Made by a program: the position numbers and the translations under genes. Under the pieces are notes generated by a model. It saw only the letters and a list, made by a program, of their open reading frames with translations, made no database searches and was not told where the DNA came from. Positions 6,611 to 15,614 of a DNA stretch of 32,000 bases are shown here, piece after piece. Source of the stretch: Ktedonobacterales bacterium. GTDB taxonomy: Bacteria > Chloroflexota > Ktedonobacteria > Ktedonobacterales > JADMIN01. Each line of letters begins with the position of its first letter. Position 1 is the first letter of the stretch. The stretch covers positions 4,500,001 to 4,532,000 of the forward strand of contig CP126532.1 of NCBI GenBank assembly GCA_030167145.1. The letters run 5' to 3'.

Positions 6611-8707
6611 TTACTCCTGCGCAAACTGCTCCAGCGCCTTCACCACATCGTCAGCCGTGGGATAGAACGCCGTCTCCTCTGGGCCATTGTATGGCGCTGC
6701 GGGCGCGGCAATGGCCGAGATATAGACCGGTGCATTGTCGAGCTTCCAGAAGAAGTTCTGCGCGATCCATGAATGGATGTGCCGCCCGAAGCTCGTCAGG
6801 TCCGCCTCTTCGGTCACCACAATAGCGCGGTTCGTCTCCAGCACGGACTGGCGAATCGTCTCTGCGTCAAACGGCATCAGCGTCCGCAGGTCAATTACAT
6901 CCACCGCGCCGCCGCCAGCCTCCACGAAGCGCGCCGCCGCGATAGCCGATTCAAGCAGCATCATACCCCAGCTTACAATCGTCGCCATCGGCGCGCCGGA
7001 GCCAATGCGGATCTTGCGGGCCTTGCTGATCGGCTCGGTGTAATAGCCATCGGGCACATTCCACAGGTCGGCCAGCGCCGCAATCGGCGCGCCATCTTTG
7101 TGGACGCGCGGCGCATCGGCGCGATACAGGCGGCCACGTTCCAGAAACACCACCGGCGACTGCGACCGCGATGCCTGAATCAGCAGACCCTTCGCATCGT
7201 ATGGCGTCGCTGGACAAATGGTAATCAGGCCGGGCACAGTGGTAAACCACGGATCGCCCGCGCTCGAATGTCCGAACGCACCGCCGCCAGAGCCACTATC
7301 CGAGATCGGCCCGCCGCCACCGGAACCTGCCTTCATCCGCAGCAGCATCGGGCAGTTCCAGTCGCCGTAGGACTGATAGTAGATGCGCGCCGCCAGGCGA
7401 ATCGTCTGCGTCGCGGACTGGTGGTAGTCCACGAACTGTATCTCGCCACAGCGGGCGCGGTCATCGGCCATACTGCATCCTGCCGCGATGCCCGCGATGA
7501 GCTGTTCATTTAACGCGCTGCTGATCGCCGTGCCCGGATAATCCTTCACCAGCTTCGCCGTCGCGTTGAACACGCCACCTGTCGCGCTGCCCACATCCTG
7601 CCCGAAGACGAAGAAACCGGGGTCGCGTTTGACGATCTCGACCAGCGCATCGTTGATCGCCTCGATCATCAGCGTCGGCTTCTTCGCGCCGCTTACCGGC
7701 TCTGGCGCATACGGCGGAATCGCGATCACCTTCTCCGTCACGCGGTCAGCAGGAACCACCGGCTCGGCCAGCACCTGCTCCTCGGCGGCGTCAATCTCGG
7801 CCTTCACCTCATCACGGATGCGCTCGACATCGGCCTCGTTGATGAGACCGCGCTCGATCAGCATCTGGCTCATACGTTTGACCGGATCTTTGGTGCGGGT
7901 GGTCTCTTCGATCTCTTCGCGTGTCCGGTAGCGGCGAATGTCGGTGCTGCTCGAATGCGCGTCCAGCAGGCCCGTATGCACGTGCATGAACGCGGGTCCC
8001 TCGCCATTGCGCAGCCGCTGCACGAGGCCGCGCGTGGTCTCATATACCTCGAACGGGTTGACGCCGTCCACATCTACGGCGATGGCATCCATCGCGCGCA
8101 CCTGCGCGGTGAGGTCGCCAGCCCACTGCGCCTGTTGCTCGGTCATGATTGCCCAGTGGTTATTCCACACCGTTATCAGCACTGGCAGCTTATGCACGGT
8201 CGCCTGCCGCAGCAGCACGTTGAAGTCGTTAGTCGCCGCGCCGCCGTCGCCGGTGGAGAATGCGACCACCCGGCGGCTGCCGTCGCGCTTGAATGCCCAA
8301 CCCACGCCGCCCGCGAATGGCGCAAGCCCCGACACCTCGCTGAAGGTGGGCATGATATGATGCTCGCGGCTGCTGTAGTGCGACGGCATGTTGCGCCCGC
8401 TGCACATCGGGTCGGTCACGCGCGAGTACGCGGCGCGCAGCACGCCCTTGATGTCGCCTGTCCGCTGGAGCCAGCCCGCCAGGTCGCGGTAGTAAAACGA
8501 GAGCCAGTCGTCATCCTCCATAGCAGCCACCATTGCGGCCATGGATTCATGCCCGGCGCAGCCAATGTAGAAGGGGAACTTGCCCTGTGTCTTGCGCGCC
8601 TTGAGGACATCGTTCATAGTTCGGGCGAGCACCATCGTGCGGTAGAGCGAGAGGGGATCCATGGTGCGGGCGCCAGTGCCCGCCGCCGCGGCGACATTCG
8701 TTGTCAT
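6611..8707 (-). CDS. Fused E1 alpha/beta thiamine-diphosphate-dependent 2-oxoacid dehydrogenase component
   Basis: The N-terminal half is E1-alpha-like (YIGCAGHE, TPP motif FSTGDGGAATNDFNVLL). The C-terminal half is E1-beta/transketolase-like (TLMIEAINDALVE..., FGQDVG, IDLRTLMPFD). I chose the start at 8707 (MTTNVAAA) because GGAGG sits 9 nt upstream, although the track ORF extends to 8812. Confidence 0.85.
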   Translation of the reverse strand: MTTNVAAAAGTGARTMDPLSLYRTMVLARTMNDVLKARKTQGKFPFYIGCAGHESMAAMVAAMEDDDWLSFYYRDLAGWLQRTGDIKGVLRAAYSRVTDPMCSGRNMPSHYSSREHHIMPTFSEVSGLAPFAGGVGWAFKRDGSRRVVAFSTGDGGAATNDFNVLLRQATVHKLPVLITVWNNHWAIMTEQQAQWAGDLTAQVRAMDAIAVDVDGVNPFEVYETTRGLVQRLRNGEGPAFMHVHTGLLDAHSSSTDIRRYRTREEIEETTRTKDPVKRMSQMLIERGLINEADVERIRDEVKAEIDAAEEQVLAEPVVPADRVTEKVIAIPPYAPEPVSGAKKPTLMIEAINDALVEIVKRDPGFFVFGQDVGSATGGVFNATAKLVKDYPGTAISSALNEQLIAGIAAGCSMADDRARCGEIQFVDYHQSATQTIRLAARIYYQSYGDWNCPMLLRMKAGSGGGGPISDSGSGGGAFGHSSAGDPWFTTVPGLITICPATPYDAKGLLIQASRSQSPVVFLERGRLYRADAPRVHKDGAPIAALADLWNVPDGYYTEPISKARKIRIGSGAPMATIVSWGMMLLESAIAAARFVEAGGGAVDVIDLRTLMPFDAETIRQSVLETNRAIVVTEEADLTSFGRHIHSWIAQNFFWKLDNAPVYISAIAAPAAPYNGPEETAFYPTADDVVKALEQFAQE

Positions 8708-8907
8708 CTGGGCAAACCTCCACGGTATGTTCTGTGCCGGCTGTTGCAATGTGCTGCGGATATGCAGGCCAGTGTGGCTATTGTCATGTACCATCGCAAC
8801 CAGTACATCCAAACCATTATAGTGGTATGCCCATCCTTAGCGCAACCAACCACCGCAGAGTTGGCCATGCTTGGGGCGGGAACAGATGAGCAAAATCGGA
8901 GCCTTTG

Positions 8908-9918
8908 ATGCATCTGGCGGCACTTGAGCAGATGTGGGATCTACCAGGCCCATGGCGCTTCAGCGAACTGGCGCAGGGAACGAACAATCTCGTGCGACGG
9001 GTAGATTCCCCTAGTGGACAGTATATTTTGCGCGTCTACAGCAACCACACCGACCCCGGCAGGCTGCGCTTCGAGCATACCATCCTCATATCCCTGCGCG
9101 CCGCCAGTCTGCCCTTCGCCGTGCCCGCGCCGCTGCCCACCCACACCGGCGAACTCTACGCGCGCATCAGATCTGAGGAGGGCGAGGCGCTGGCGACGCT
9201 CACGCCGCTCATCCCTGGCCAGTATCCAAAACGTGACAATCTTGAACAGGCAACGGCTGCGGGCGAGGCGCTGGCCTTGCTCGACATCGCGCTCGCCCAG
9301 ATGGCGCTGCCCGATCCCGACGCAAGCGTGAGCTGGCGCTCCTATGGCGATCTGGCGCACTGCCACCCCCTCGTGCCCGATCCGCCAGCGGCGATTCGTG
9401 AGCTACCTCTAGCCGATGACGCGCGTCAACGACTGTTGAAAAGCTACGACGGGCTGATGGCGTGTATCCCCAACGTGTACGCGAAGCTGCCACAACAGCT
9501 TGCCCACGAAGACTACGGGCCAGACAACATCTTGATGGAGGGGCCGCGTGTGACCGGTGTGCTGGACTTCGAGTTCTGCGCGCGTGACCTGCGGGTGATG
9601 GATCTCACCGTTGCGCTGAGTTGGTGGCCAGTCGCACAGTTCGGCACAGGCGAAGAATGGCCGATCATCCGCGCGTTCATACAGGGCTATGCGCGCCATC
9701 TCACGCTGAGCGAAGACGAGATCGAAGCCATTCCCATGCTGTATCAGTTGCGAGCCTATACATCGCTGATCCACCGCCTGGGGCGCTATCGCCAGGGGCT
9801 AAGTCCGCTCGCGGCAGTCACGGACCGCGCCGAGGCAGCGCTCGAACGTGAGGACTGGCTGCGGGGAAACGGCGAGCAGTTCATGCGTACAGTGCGCGAA
9901 GCTATGCTGCATTGCTAA
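8908..9918 (+). CDS. APH/ChoK-family phosphotransferase (homoserine kinase type II-like)
   Basis: Kinase catalytic loop HEDYGPDNILM and metal-binding VLDFEF. GGAG lies 6 nt upstream of the ATG at 8908. The track start at 8905 is a TTG one codon earlier. Confidence 0.8.
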   Translation: MHLAALEQMWDLPGPWRFSELAQGTNNLVRRVDSPSGQYILRVYSNHTDPGRLRFEHTILISLRAASLPFAVPAPLPTHTGELYARIRSEEGEALATLTPLIPGQYPKRDNLEQATAAGEALALLDIALAQMALPDPDASVSWRSYGDLAHCHPLVPDPPAAIRELPLADDARQRLLKSYDGLMACIPNVYAKLPQQLAHEDYGPDNILMEGPRVTGVLDFEFCARDLRVMDLTVALSWWPVAQFGTGEEWPIIRAFIQGYARHLTLSEDEIEAIPMLYQLRAYTSLIHRLGRYRQGLSPLAAVTDRAEAALEREDWLRGNGEQFMRTVREAMLHC

Positions 9919-9929
9919 CCATCATCTTC

Positions 9930-11336
9930 TCAGGGTTTCGCTGTGAGCGGCAGCCAGACGAAAAAGCGGGTTCCATCTGAGGTTGACTCGAATGATACAT
10001 CACCGTGATGCCGGTCAACGACGATCCTCCTGACAATATCCAGCCCAAGCCCAGACCCCTTGCCCACCTCTTTCGTCGTAAAGAATGGATCGAAGATGCG
10101 GGAGGCCAGATCGGGGGGAATCCCAGGTCCCTGGTCGGCAATCTCAACCAGCACAGTTTGCCCGTCGCTCCGTGTCCGAATGCGAACCTGGCCGTGCCCG
10201 TCCATAGCGTCTATCGCATTGTCAATCAAGTTTGTCCAAACCTGATTTAACTCGCTTCCGTTAGCAAAGACGCGCGGCAGATTGTCCTCGTAGTCGCGAA
10301 TGACCTCAACTCCCTCCCGGAGTTTGTAGCCGAGGATTACCAGGGTCTTTTCGATACCTTCATGAATATCAACCTCCTGTTCGGGCGAACGATCCATGTA
10401 CGAATAGTCCTTGACCACGGAGACCAGCCGAGAGATCCGAGCAGTGGCGTCTTCGATTTGGTCCAGGAGATCCGTAACGAGTAGGGTGTCGGCCACCCAG
10501 TTGAAAGCACCGCTGCGATTGTTATCGCCTAGCGCATGTGCCGCTGTTTCCAACCAGGGAAGATCAAGGCCAGCGGCAACGAACGTAGGTGCGAGATCCC
10601 ATGGGTTCGCAACATTATGCTCTTCCAGCCAACTCGCGATCTCCTCCTCTTGCCGCCCCGTCTCTATCGCGCTGAGCCGTGGTACGGCAGCGGAGTGGGC
10701 CACTGCCTCTGACTGGATCTGTAATACTGCCCGGACCTGCTCTGGCGTGAGTTCGCCTGTCGCGAGCCAGTCAACGAGTGCCAGCAGCCGACCCACTGCC
10801 GCCCGCATGTCAGCGGTGGCGCTCCTGGCGGCGGCAGCGGGATTGTTCAACTCGTGAGTCAACCCGGCAGCAAGTGTTCCCAATGAGATCAGGTGACCTC
10901 GTTCGCGCACCGTAACCTCGATGAACTCAAGAGTTTGAACGTAGCCATCGAGCAGATGCTTCGCCATAGGCAGCCATTCGTCCAGCAGGTGGCCAAAATC
11001 ACTTGAGGCGAGTTGGAAGAAACGACTTGGCCGCAGCGTCTCTCCGGTAGCGCGATACCCACTGCTTTCGCCTGAGGCGGCAAATGCACGGATACCACCA
11101 GCATAGGTGCCGGGACGTGATAGCGTTGCGACGACGATCCGCTGGCCACCCACATGACGTGTGAGTTCCAGTTCTCCATCGAGCAACACCCAGAGGAAAT
11201 CCGCTGGCTGGCCCTCGCGGAAGACGGTCTCCCCCGCTGGGAATGCGATTTCGGTGCCCAACTCCGCAAGGGCGTGGAGTTGCTCGTCAGAGAGCTTCTC
11301 GAAGAGGAAGGTGGACCGCAGATCGTCAATAAGCAT
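9930..11336 (-). CDS. Sensor histidine kinase with N-terminal cyclic-nucleotide-binding-like (CAP_ED) domain, no TM segments
   Basis: The start MLIDDLRSTFLFEKLSDEQLHALA...FREGQPADFLWVLLDGELEL shows the CAP_ED fold. H-box LAAGLTHELNNP, N-box NLIDNAIDAM, G1 DQGPGI, G2 GKGSGLGLDIV. The ATG at 11336-11334 overlaps the upstream stop (TAATG). Confidence 0.9.
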   Translation of the reverse strand: MLIDDLRSTFLFEKLSDEQLHALAELGTEIAFPAGETVFREGQPADFLWVLLDGELELTRHVGGQRIVVATLSRPGTYAGGIRAFAASGESSGYRATGETLRPSRFFQLASSDFGHLLDEWLPMAKHLLDGYVQTLEFIEVTVRERGHLISLGTLAAGLTHELNNPAAAARSATADMRAAVGRLLALVDWLATGELTPEQVRAVLQIQSEAVAHSAAVPRLSAIETGRQEEEIASWLEEHNVANPWDLAPTFVAAGLDLPWLETAAHALGDNNRSGAFNWVADTLLVTDLLDQIEDATARISRLVSVVKDYSYMDRSPEQEVDIHEGIEKTLVILGYKLREGVEVIRDYEDNLPRVFANGSELNQVWTNLIDNAIDAMDGHGQVRIRTRSDGQTVLVEIADQGPGIPPDLASRIFDPFFTTKEVGKGSGLGLDIVRRIVVDRHHGDVSFESTSDGTRFFVWLPLTAKP

Positions 11337-13000
11337 TACATCTTGTCCAGATACTGATGCACCAGTTGCACGGCCATGGCTCCTTCGCCTACTGCCGAAG
11401 CAACCCGTTTCATCGAGGAACTGCGAGCGTCTCCAGCGACGAAGACTCCCGCTAGACTCGTCTCCAGTAGATACGGTTCGCGCGTGGCCGTCCAACGCGG
11501 GTGAGCGCCAGGGCGCAGAAGCTCAGCGCCAGACAGGATGAAGCCCTGCGCATCGCGCGCTACGGCTTCACCGATCCACTCGGTGTGCGGGTACGCGCCG
11601 ATCAACACAAAGAGGAAGTTTGTTGGCACAACCTCATCACGTCCTGCGCTACGGTCGGCAATCGTGATGGTCTCCAGATGGGTGCTCCCGCCAACTGCCA
11701 CCACTTCGCTCTGCACGCGCACGTGGATGGTCGGAATAGACCTGATCTGTTCGATCAAGTAATGCGACATGCTCTTTTCAAGCCGGTCGGCTCGCACTAC
11801 CAGGGTGACGCTCCGTGCGAAGCGCGAGAAGTACACGGCTGCCTGACCGGCGGAGTTGGCTCCTCCGATGATGTAGACATCTTGATCGCGCGTGCGCTGC
11901 GCCTCCGCCACGCTGGCGCCGTAATATACGCCCTGCCCGACAAACTCCTCGAATCCTGGAGCTTCAAGGCGACGGTACGAAACGCCTGTGGCAATCAGAA
12001 CGGTATGGCTGCTCAATTCAGCGCCGCTGCTCAGTCGCACGATCCTAGCCGGCCCGCGCGCCTCCAAGGCACAAGCCTCCTGCACGGTTATCATCTCAGC
12101 CCCGAAGCGGCGGGCTTGCGTAAGCGCTCTCCTGGCCAGCTCGGAGCCACTCACCCCAGCGGGGAATCCCAGATAGTTCTCGATGCGGGAGCTCTGTCCT
12201 GCTTGCCCCCCAGGCGCCTGCCGCTCAAGCAGGATCGTTCGCAGTCCCTCGGAGGCGCCATAGACCGCAGCGGCAAGACCTGCAGGCCCCGCTCCGATGA
12301 TGGTCAGGTCGTAGAAGGGAAGCTCAGCGCGCGTCAAGAGGCCGATATTCGCCGCGAGATCTGCATTCGTTGGGGCTTCTAATACCGCACCCGACGTCGT
12401 TACGACGACTGGCAGCCGTTCGGGACTAGCAGACACACCAGAGGCGGTGAGCATCTCCTGCGCTTTCGCGTCGCTCTCCACGTCCAGCCAGAGAAACGGC
12501 ACGTGGTTGCCGGCCAGCAGATCCTTCACTTCGTGCGAGCGGGCCGACCAGCGGTGACCAATCACCCGCACCCCCTCGAACGGTGGCTCGTAATGGGCAA
12601 GCCAATCGTCGAGGAGGTCATCGAGCACCGGATAGAGCTTCTCCTCTGGCGGATCCCAGGGCTTGAGGAGATAGTAGTCGAGGCCGACCGTGTTGATGGC
12701 ACGAATAGCCACATCTATATCAGCGTAGGCCGTCAGGAGGACGCGCTTGGCATCGGGGAAAAACTCGATTGCCTGTTCAAGCAGGGCGACACCTGTCATT
12801 CCGGGCATACGATGATCGGCTAGAAGCAGAGCTGCCTCATCTCCGCTCAACTTTAGCTCACGCAGGGTTTCGAGCGCAGCGAGACCAGAATCGGCGCGCA
12901 GCACGCGGAAACGGTCGGCGTACTGTCGGCGCAGGGTACGTGTGATAGCCTGAGAAACCGCTGCATCGTCATCAACGGTCAGCAGAATCGGCTTGTTCAT
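11336..13000 (-). CDS. Fused response-regulator receiver / thioredoxin-fold linker / thioredoxin-reductase-like flavoprotein (no CxxC)
   Basis: REC domain: LLTVDDDAA, phospho-acceptor LLLADHRMPGMTG, LLTAY, LLKPW. Flavoprotein domain: FAD motif IIGAGPAGLAAAVYG and second Rossmann motif YIIGGANSAGQAAVYF. GASVAE sits where TrxR carries CATCDG. I chose the start at 13000 (MNKPILL). The upstream part of the track ORF is low-complexity. Confidence 0.9.
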   Translation of the reverse strand: MNKPILLTVDDDAAVSQAITRTLRRQYADRFRVLRADSGLAALETLRELKLSGDEAALLLADHRMPGMTGVALLEQAIEFFPDAKRVLLTAYADIDVAIRAINTVGLDYYLLKPWDPPEEKLYPVLDDLLDDWLAHYEPPFEGVRVIGHRWSARSHEVKDLLAGNHVPFLWLDVESDAKAQEMLTASGVSASPERLPVVVTTSGAVLEAPTNADLAANIGLLTRAELPFYDLTIIGAGPAGLAAAVYGASEGLRTILLERQAPGGQAGQSSRIENYLGFPAGVSGSELARRALTQARRFGAEMITVQEACALEARGPARIVRLSSGAELSSHTVLIATGVSYRRLEAPGFEEFVGQGVYYGASVAEAQRTRDQDVYIIGGANSAGQAAVYFSRFARSVTLVVRADRLEKSMSHYLIEQIRSIPTIHVRVQSEVVAVGGSTHLETITIADRSAGRDEVVPTNFLFVLIGAYPHTEWIGEAVARDAQGFILSGAELLRPGAHPRWTATREPYLLETSLAGVFVAGDARSSSMKRVASAVGEGAMAVQLVHQYLDKM

Positions 13001-13217
13001 GATGAGTGCCTGGCGTCTAAGGAGGCGCAGACTAGAGGCTCTTGGCCCTGCAACGGGTCTGGGCCTCGAAAATGCCGCAGGAAAGGCTATGCCGAGTATA
13101 TCACGGTAGGGCACGGATTGGCCCAGTGTTGACGCAAGCGAGGGCAGCGCCAAGGATAAGCTGGCTGCATGCGTACAGCGAGTGGATTGTGCGCGAGGCC
13201 AGGAGGAAATGCCTACA

Positions 13218-13628
13218 CTACTCCACATTGCCATAGATGCCGCCGAGGCCCACCCGGAAACCACAGCGCTCGTAAAAGGCGGCGTGCTCTGGCAGGAAAT
13301 CTACGTGGATGATCGTGATGCCAGCAGCCAGACAATGCTCGACTGCCCGCGCCACAAGCTGTCGCCCGATACCCTGGCGCTGCCAGTCTGGGTGAACGAT
13401 CACATCCAGCAACACGGCATGGCGCACGCCATCGCTGAGCACGGCGCACCACGCGACGAGCGCGCCATCGGGGGCGCATCCTCCCACCGTGGCCCAGTAA
13501 CCCATGAGCGCGGCGGGATAATCCGCATCTTGCCGGCCCCAGCCTACTGCCTGGCGCAGATCACCGATCTGCTCCGGCATGACAACCGGATTGAAGTTGA
13601 AGGTAACGAGAGTGGACGATGGTTGCAT
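13218..13628 (-). CDS. GNAT family N-acetyltransferase
   Basis: 136 aa. The acetyl-CoA motif A reads VHPDWQRQGIGRQLVARAVEHC, followed by FYERCGF. Confidence 0.85.
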   Translation of the reverse strand: MQPSSTLVTFNFNPVVMPEQIGDLRQAVGWGRQDADYPAALMGYWATVGGCAPDGALVAWCAVLSDGVRHAVLLDVIVHPDWQRQGIGRQLVARAVEHCLAAGITIIHVDFLPEHAAFYERCGFRVGLGGIYGNVE

Positions 13629-13744
13629 GTGGCGATCCTCATATCAATATTGGCCTAGTTCCAACCTAGAATACAGCACAAATGAGCAAAATATGCAGCA
13701 GGCGAGAGATACCCTTGACGTGCCACCCCAGAGCATGATATGCT

Positions 13745-13946
13745 CTTCACCAATGAAAGGAGGTGGTGTGCAGTGAGTGAACGTCAATGCTGCGCAGGCA
13801 GCACGAATGCTCTCCACACCGATTCCATGGGAGAGTACCGCTTCTAGTTTTGCGGTGAAATTTGTGCCTCACAGGTATGGCGTGGAGTCTGCCTGCGCGG
13901 GACGGACCGGGGAACGTGCTTCATGCTCGTCTCCGGTTCTTTTTTT
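13745..13946 (+). ncRNA. Candidate structured leader or small RNA (promoter to intrinsic terminator) upstream of birA
   Basis: TTGACG at 13715-13720 and TG-n-TATGCT at 13736-13744 form a plausible promoter. About 200 nt follow with several local stems: GCTGC-GCAG-GCAGC, CTCTCC...GGAGAG, ACCGC...GCGGT. The element ends in the terminator at 13906-13946. No convincing ORF is present. Confidence 0.3.
13906..13946 (+). terminator. Intrinsic terminator-like hairpin plus T7 run
   Basis: ACCGGGGA (13906-13913) pairs with TCTCCGGT (13930-13937), giving 8 bp with one G-U pair. It is followed by TCTTTTTTT, 90 nt before the birA ATG. Confidence 0.55.
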
Positions 13947-14036
13947 CTCATCTGTGGCGCGCATGCATGCTGAACAGAGCTTCCGCTGGGCGCTCATCCT
14001 GGCATAGCCTCACGAGCCATCTAGGAGGCCGCACAT

Positions 14037-14840
14037 ATGAGTCAACATTCTGGCTCCAATGACAACGGCGCTGGCCGCGTGCTCGACACCGAAGCCGTGC
14101 GCGCCGGAGTCCGCGAGCTGCGCCTTGGCTCCCCGCTCCTCTACTTCCCCAGCATCAACTCCACCAACACCTATGCCGCCAGCCTCGCTCGCGGCGGCGC
14201 CACCGAGGGCACGCTGCTCGTCTCAGACGACCAGACCGCCGGACGCGGGCGTATCGGGCGCATATGGAAGTCGCTTCCTGGACAGCAACTGAGTTTCTCA
14301 CTTGTCCTGCGCCCCGCCTTTCCGCCGCACTTCCTCGTCATGGCCAGTGCCCTGGCCGTCGCCGAAGCCATCACTGCCATCACCAGCCTGGAGACCGGCA
14401 TCAAGTGGCCGAACGATGTACAGGTTGACGGCTATAAAATCTGCGGCATCCTCATCGAAACCAGCCCTGGATACGCCATACTTGGCATCGGCATCAACGT
14501 CAATGGCTCCCTGCGCGACGACCCAGAGTTGGCCGCCCGCGCAATCACCCTGGCCGATGCCGCCGGACACGACATTTCCCGCGAGGACCTGCTCATCGCC
14601 ATCCTATGCCGCCTCGACACGCTTTACAGCTCTCTCACCAGCGGCGGCGACCCCGCCTGGCAAGGGCTGCGAAGCGATTGGCGTGCGCGGCTCGTTACCC
14701 TTGGTCGCCGCATCACACTGCTCCAGGGCGAACACACCGTCACGGGCCACGCAGAGGATGTAGACGCCAACGGCGCGCTGCTGCTCCGCCTCGATGGTGG
14801 CGTGCTCCAGACCGTCACCTGGGGCGACGTGCAATCCTGA
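14037..14840 (+). CDS. birA: Biotin--[acetyl-CoA-carboxylase] ligase (group I, no N-terminal HTH)
   Basis: 267 aa with the signature QTAGRGRIGRIWKS and KWPNDV...KICGILIE. GGAGG lies 8 nt upstream of the ATG. Confidence 0.9.
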   Translation: MSQHSGSNDNGAGRVLDTEAVRAGVRELRLGSPLLYFPSINSTNTYAASLARGGATEGTLLVSDDQTAGRGRIGRIWKSLPGQQLSFSLVLRPAFPPHFLVMASALAVAEAITAITSLETGIKWPNDVQVDGYKICGILIETSPGYAILGIGINVNGSLRDDPELAARAITLADAAGHDISREDLLIAILCRLDTLYSSLTSGGDPAWQGLRSDWRARLVTLGRRITLLQGEHTVTGHAEDVDANGALLLRLDGGVLQTVTWGDVQS

Positions 14841-15007
14841 CACATGCTGGCGGTGCGCATTGCGGTCGCGCTTGACGCCGTCCTGTACACTAGCCTTGTG
14901 CATGGGTCCGCTTGTTACCGCGCTCACCAGTGGATGTGCGGCACGCTCCACACGCCAATGCAGAGAACATCAATCCAATAGCTCACCAATGGGGAAGGGC
15001 AGTCAGT

Positions 15008-15445
15008 ATGAGCGACGACCAGCAAGTACAACAGGCGGCAGAGCAGCGCCGCCGCCTCGGACTCCCGGCCAATCTCGATCCGCGTCACCTCGACCCACGC
15101 AAGGCGCTCGACCCGGCAGCACTAGAGCGCGTGCTGAAAGCCCAGGCAGCGGCGCGCGCCCAGGCAACAGCAGCCACCACCGTGCTCATCGGCACGGTCA
15201 TTACCCTGATTAGCTCGGCGTTCGCCTTCGTCGCCGCCCTCGCCTGGAACGACGCCATTACCAAGGGGCTGGACCGCTTTGTCGCGACGTTCTTTCCCAA
15301 ACTGGCTGGCGCAGGCGCGAGGTTGGCGCTGATCCACGCCGTCGTGGTCACCGTCATCGCCGTCGTCGCCGTCGTCATCCTCAATCGCATCGCAAGTCGC
15401 TGGGTCAAGAAGTCGGCTATCGCTGGCCAGAACGAGCTGCTTTAG
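15008..15445 (+). CDS. Small membrane protein, unknown function
   Basis: ATG at 15008 follows GGGGAAGGG. The N-terminus is charged, followed by two hydrophobic helices (VLIGTVITLISSAFAFVAALAW, LIHAVVVTVIAVVAVVIL). The track ORF begins earlier, at 14912. Confidence 0.6.
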   Translation: MSDDQQVQQAAEQRRRLGLPANLDPRHLDPRKALDPAALERVLKAQAAARAQATAATTVLIGTVITLISSAFAFVAALAWNDAITKGLDRFVATFFPKLAGAGARLALIHAVVVTVIAVVAVVILNRIASRWVKKSAIAGQNELL

Positions 15446-15614
15446 CAACTGAGCGTAACCTCCAACCAATCGGGCGCGTATCTCTTTTGAGGTGCGCGCC
15501 TGTCGCGTCTTGTTGCCATGCGCGCGACCCCAACAGCATAATGTGTACATGAGCGACGAGGCACGACATTTCTGTACTGCCGCTTCGCTGCTCAGCGTCA
15601 GGAGGTAAGGCCCA

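Noticed and set aside
13777-14007. GTG-initiated 76-codon ORF in the GNAT-birA gap
   Set aside because: The nearest Shine-Dalgarno sequence (AAGGAGG) is about 14 nt away and serves a 7-codon frame. The ORF reads straight through an intrinsic terminator, and its sequence has no protein-like features. The region is treated as a candidate RNA element instead.
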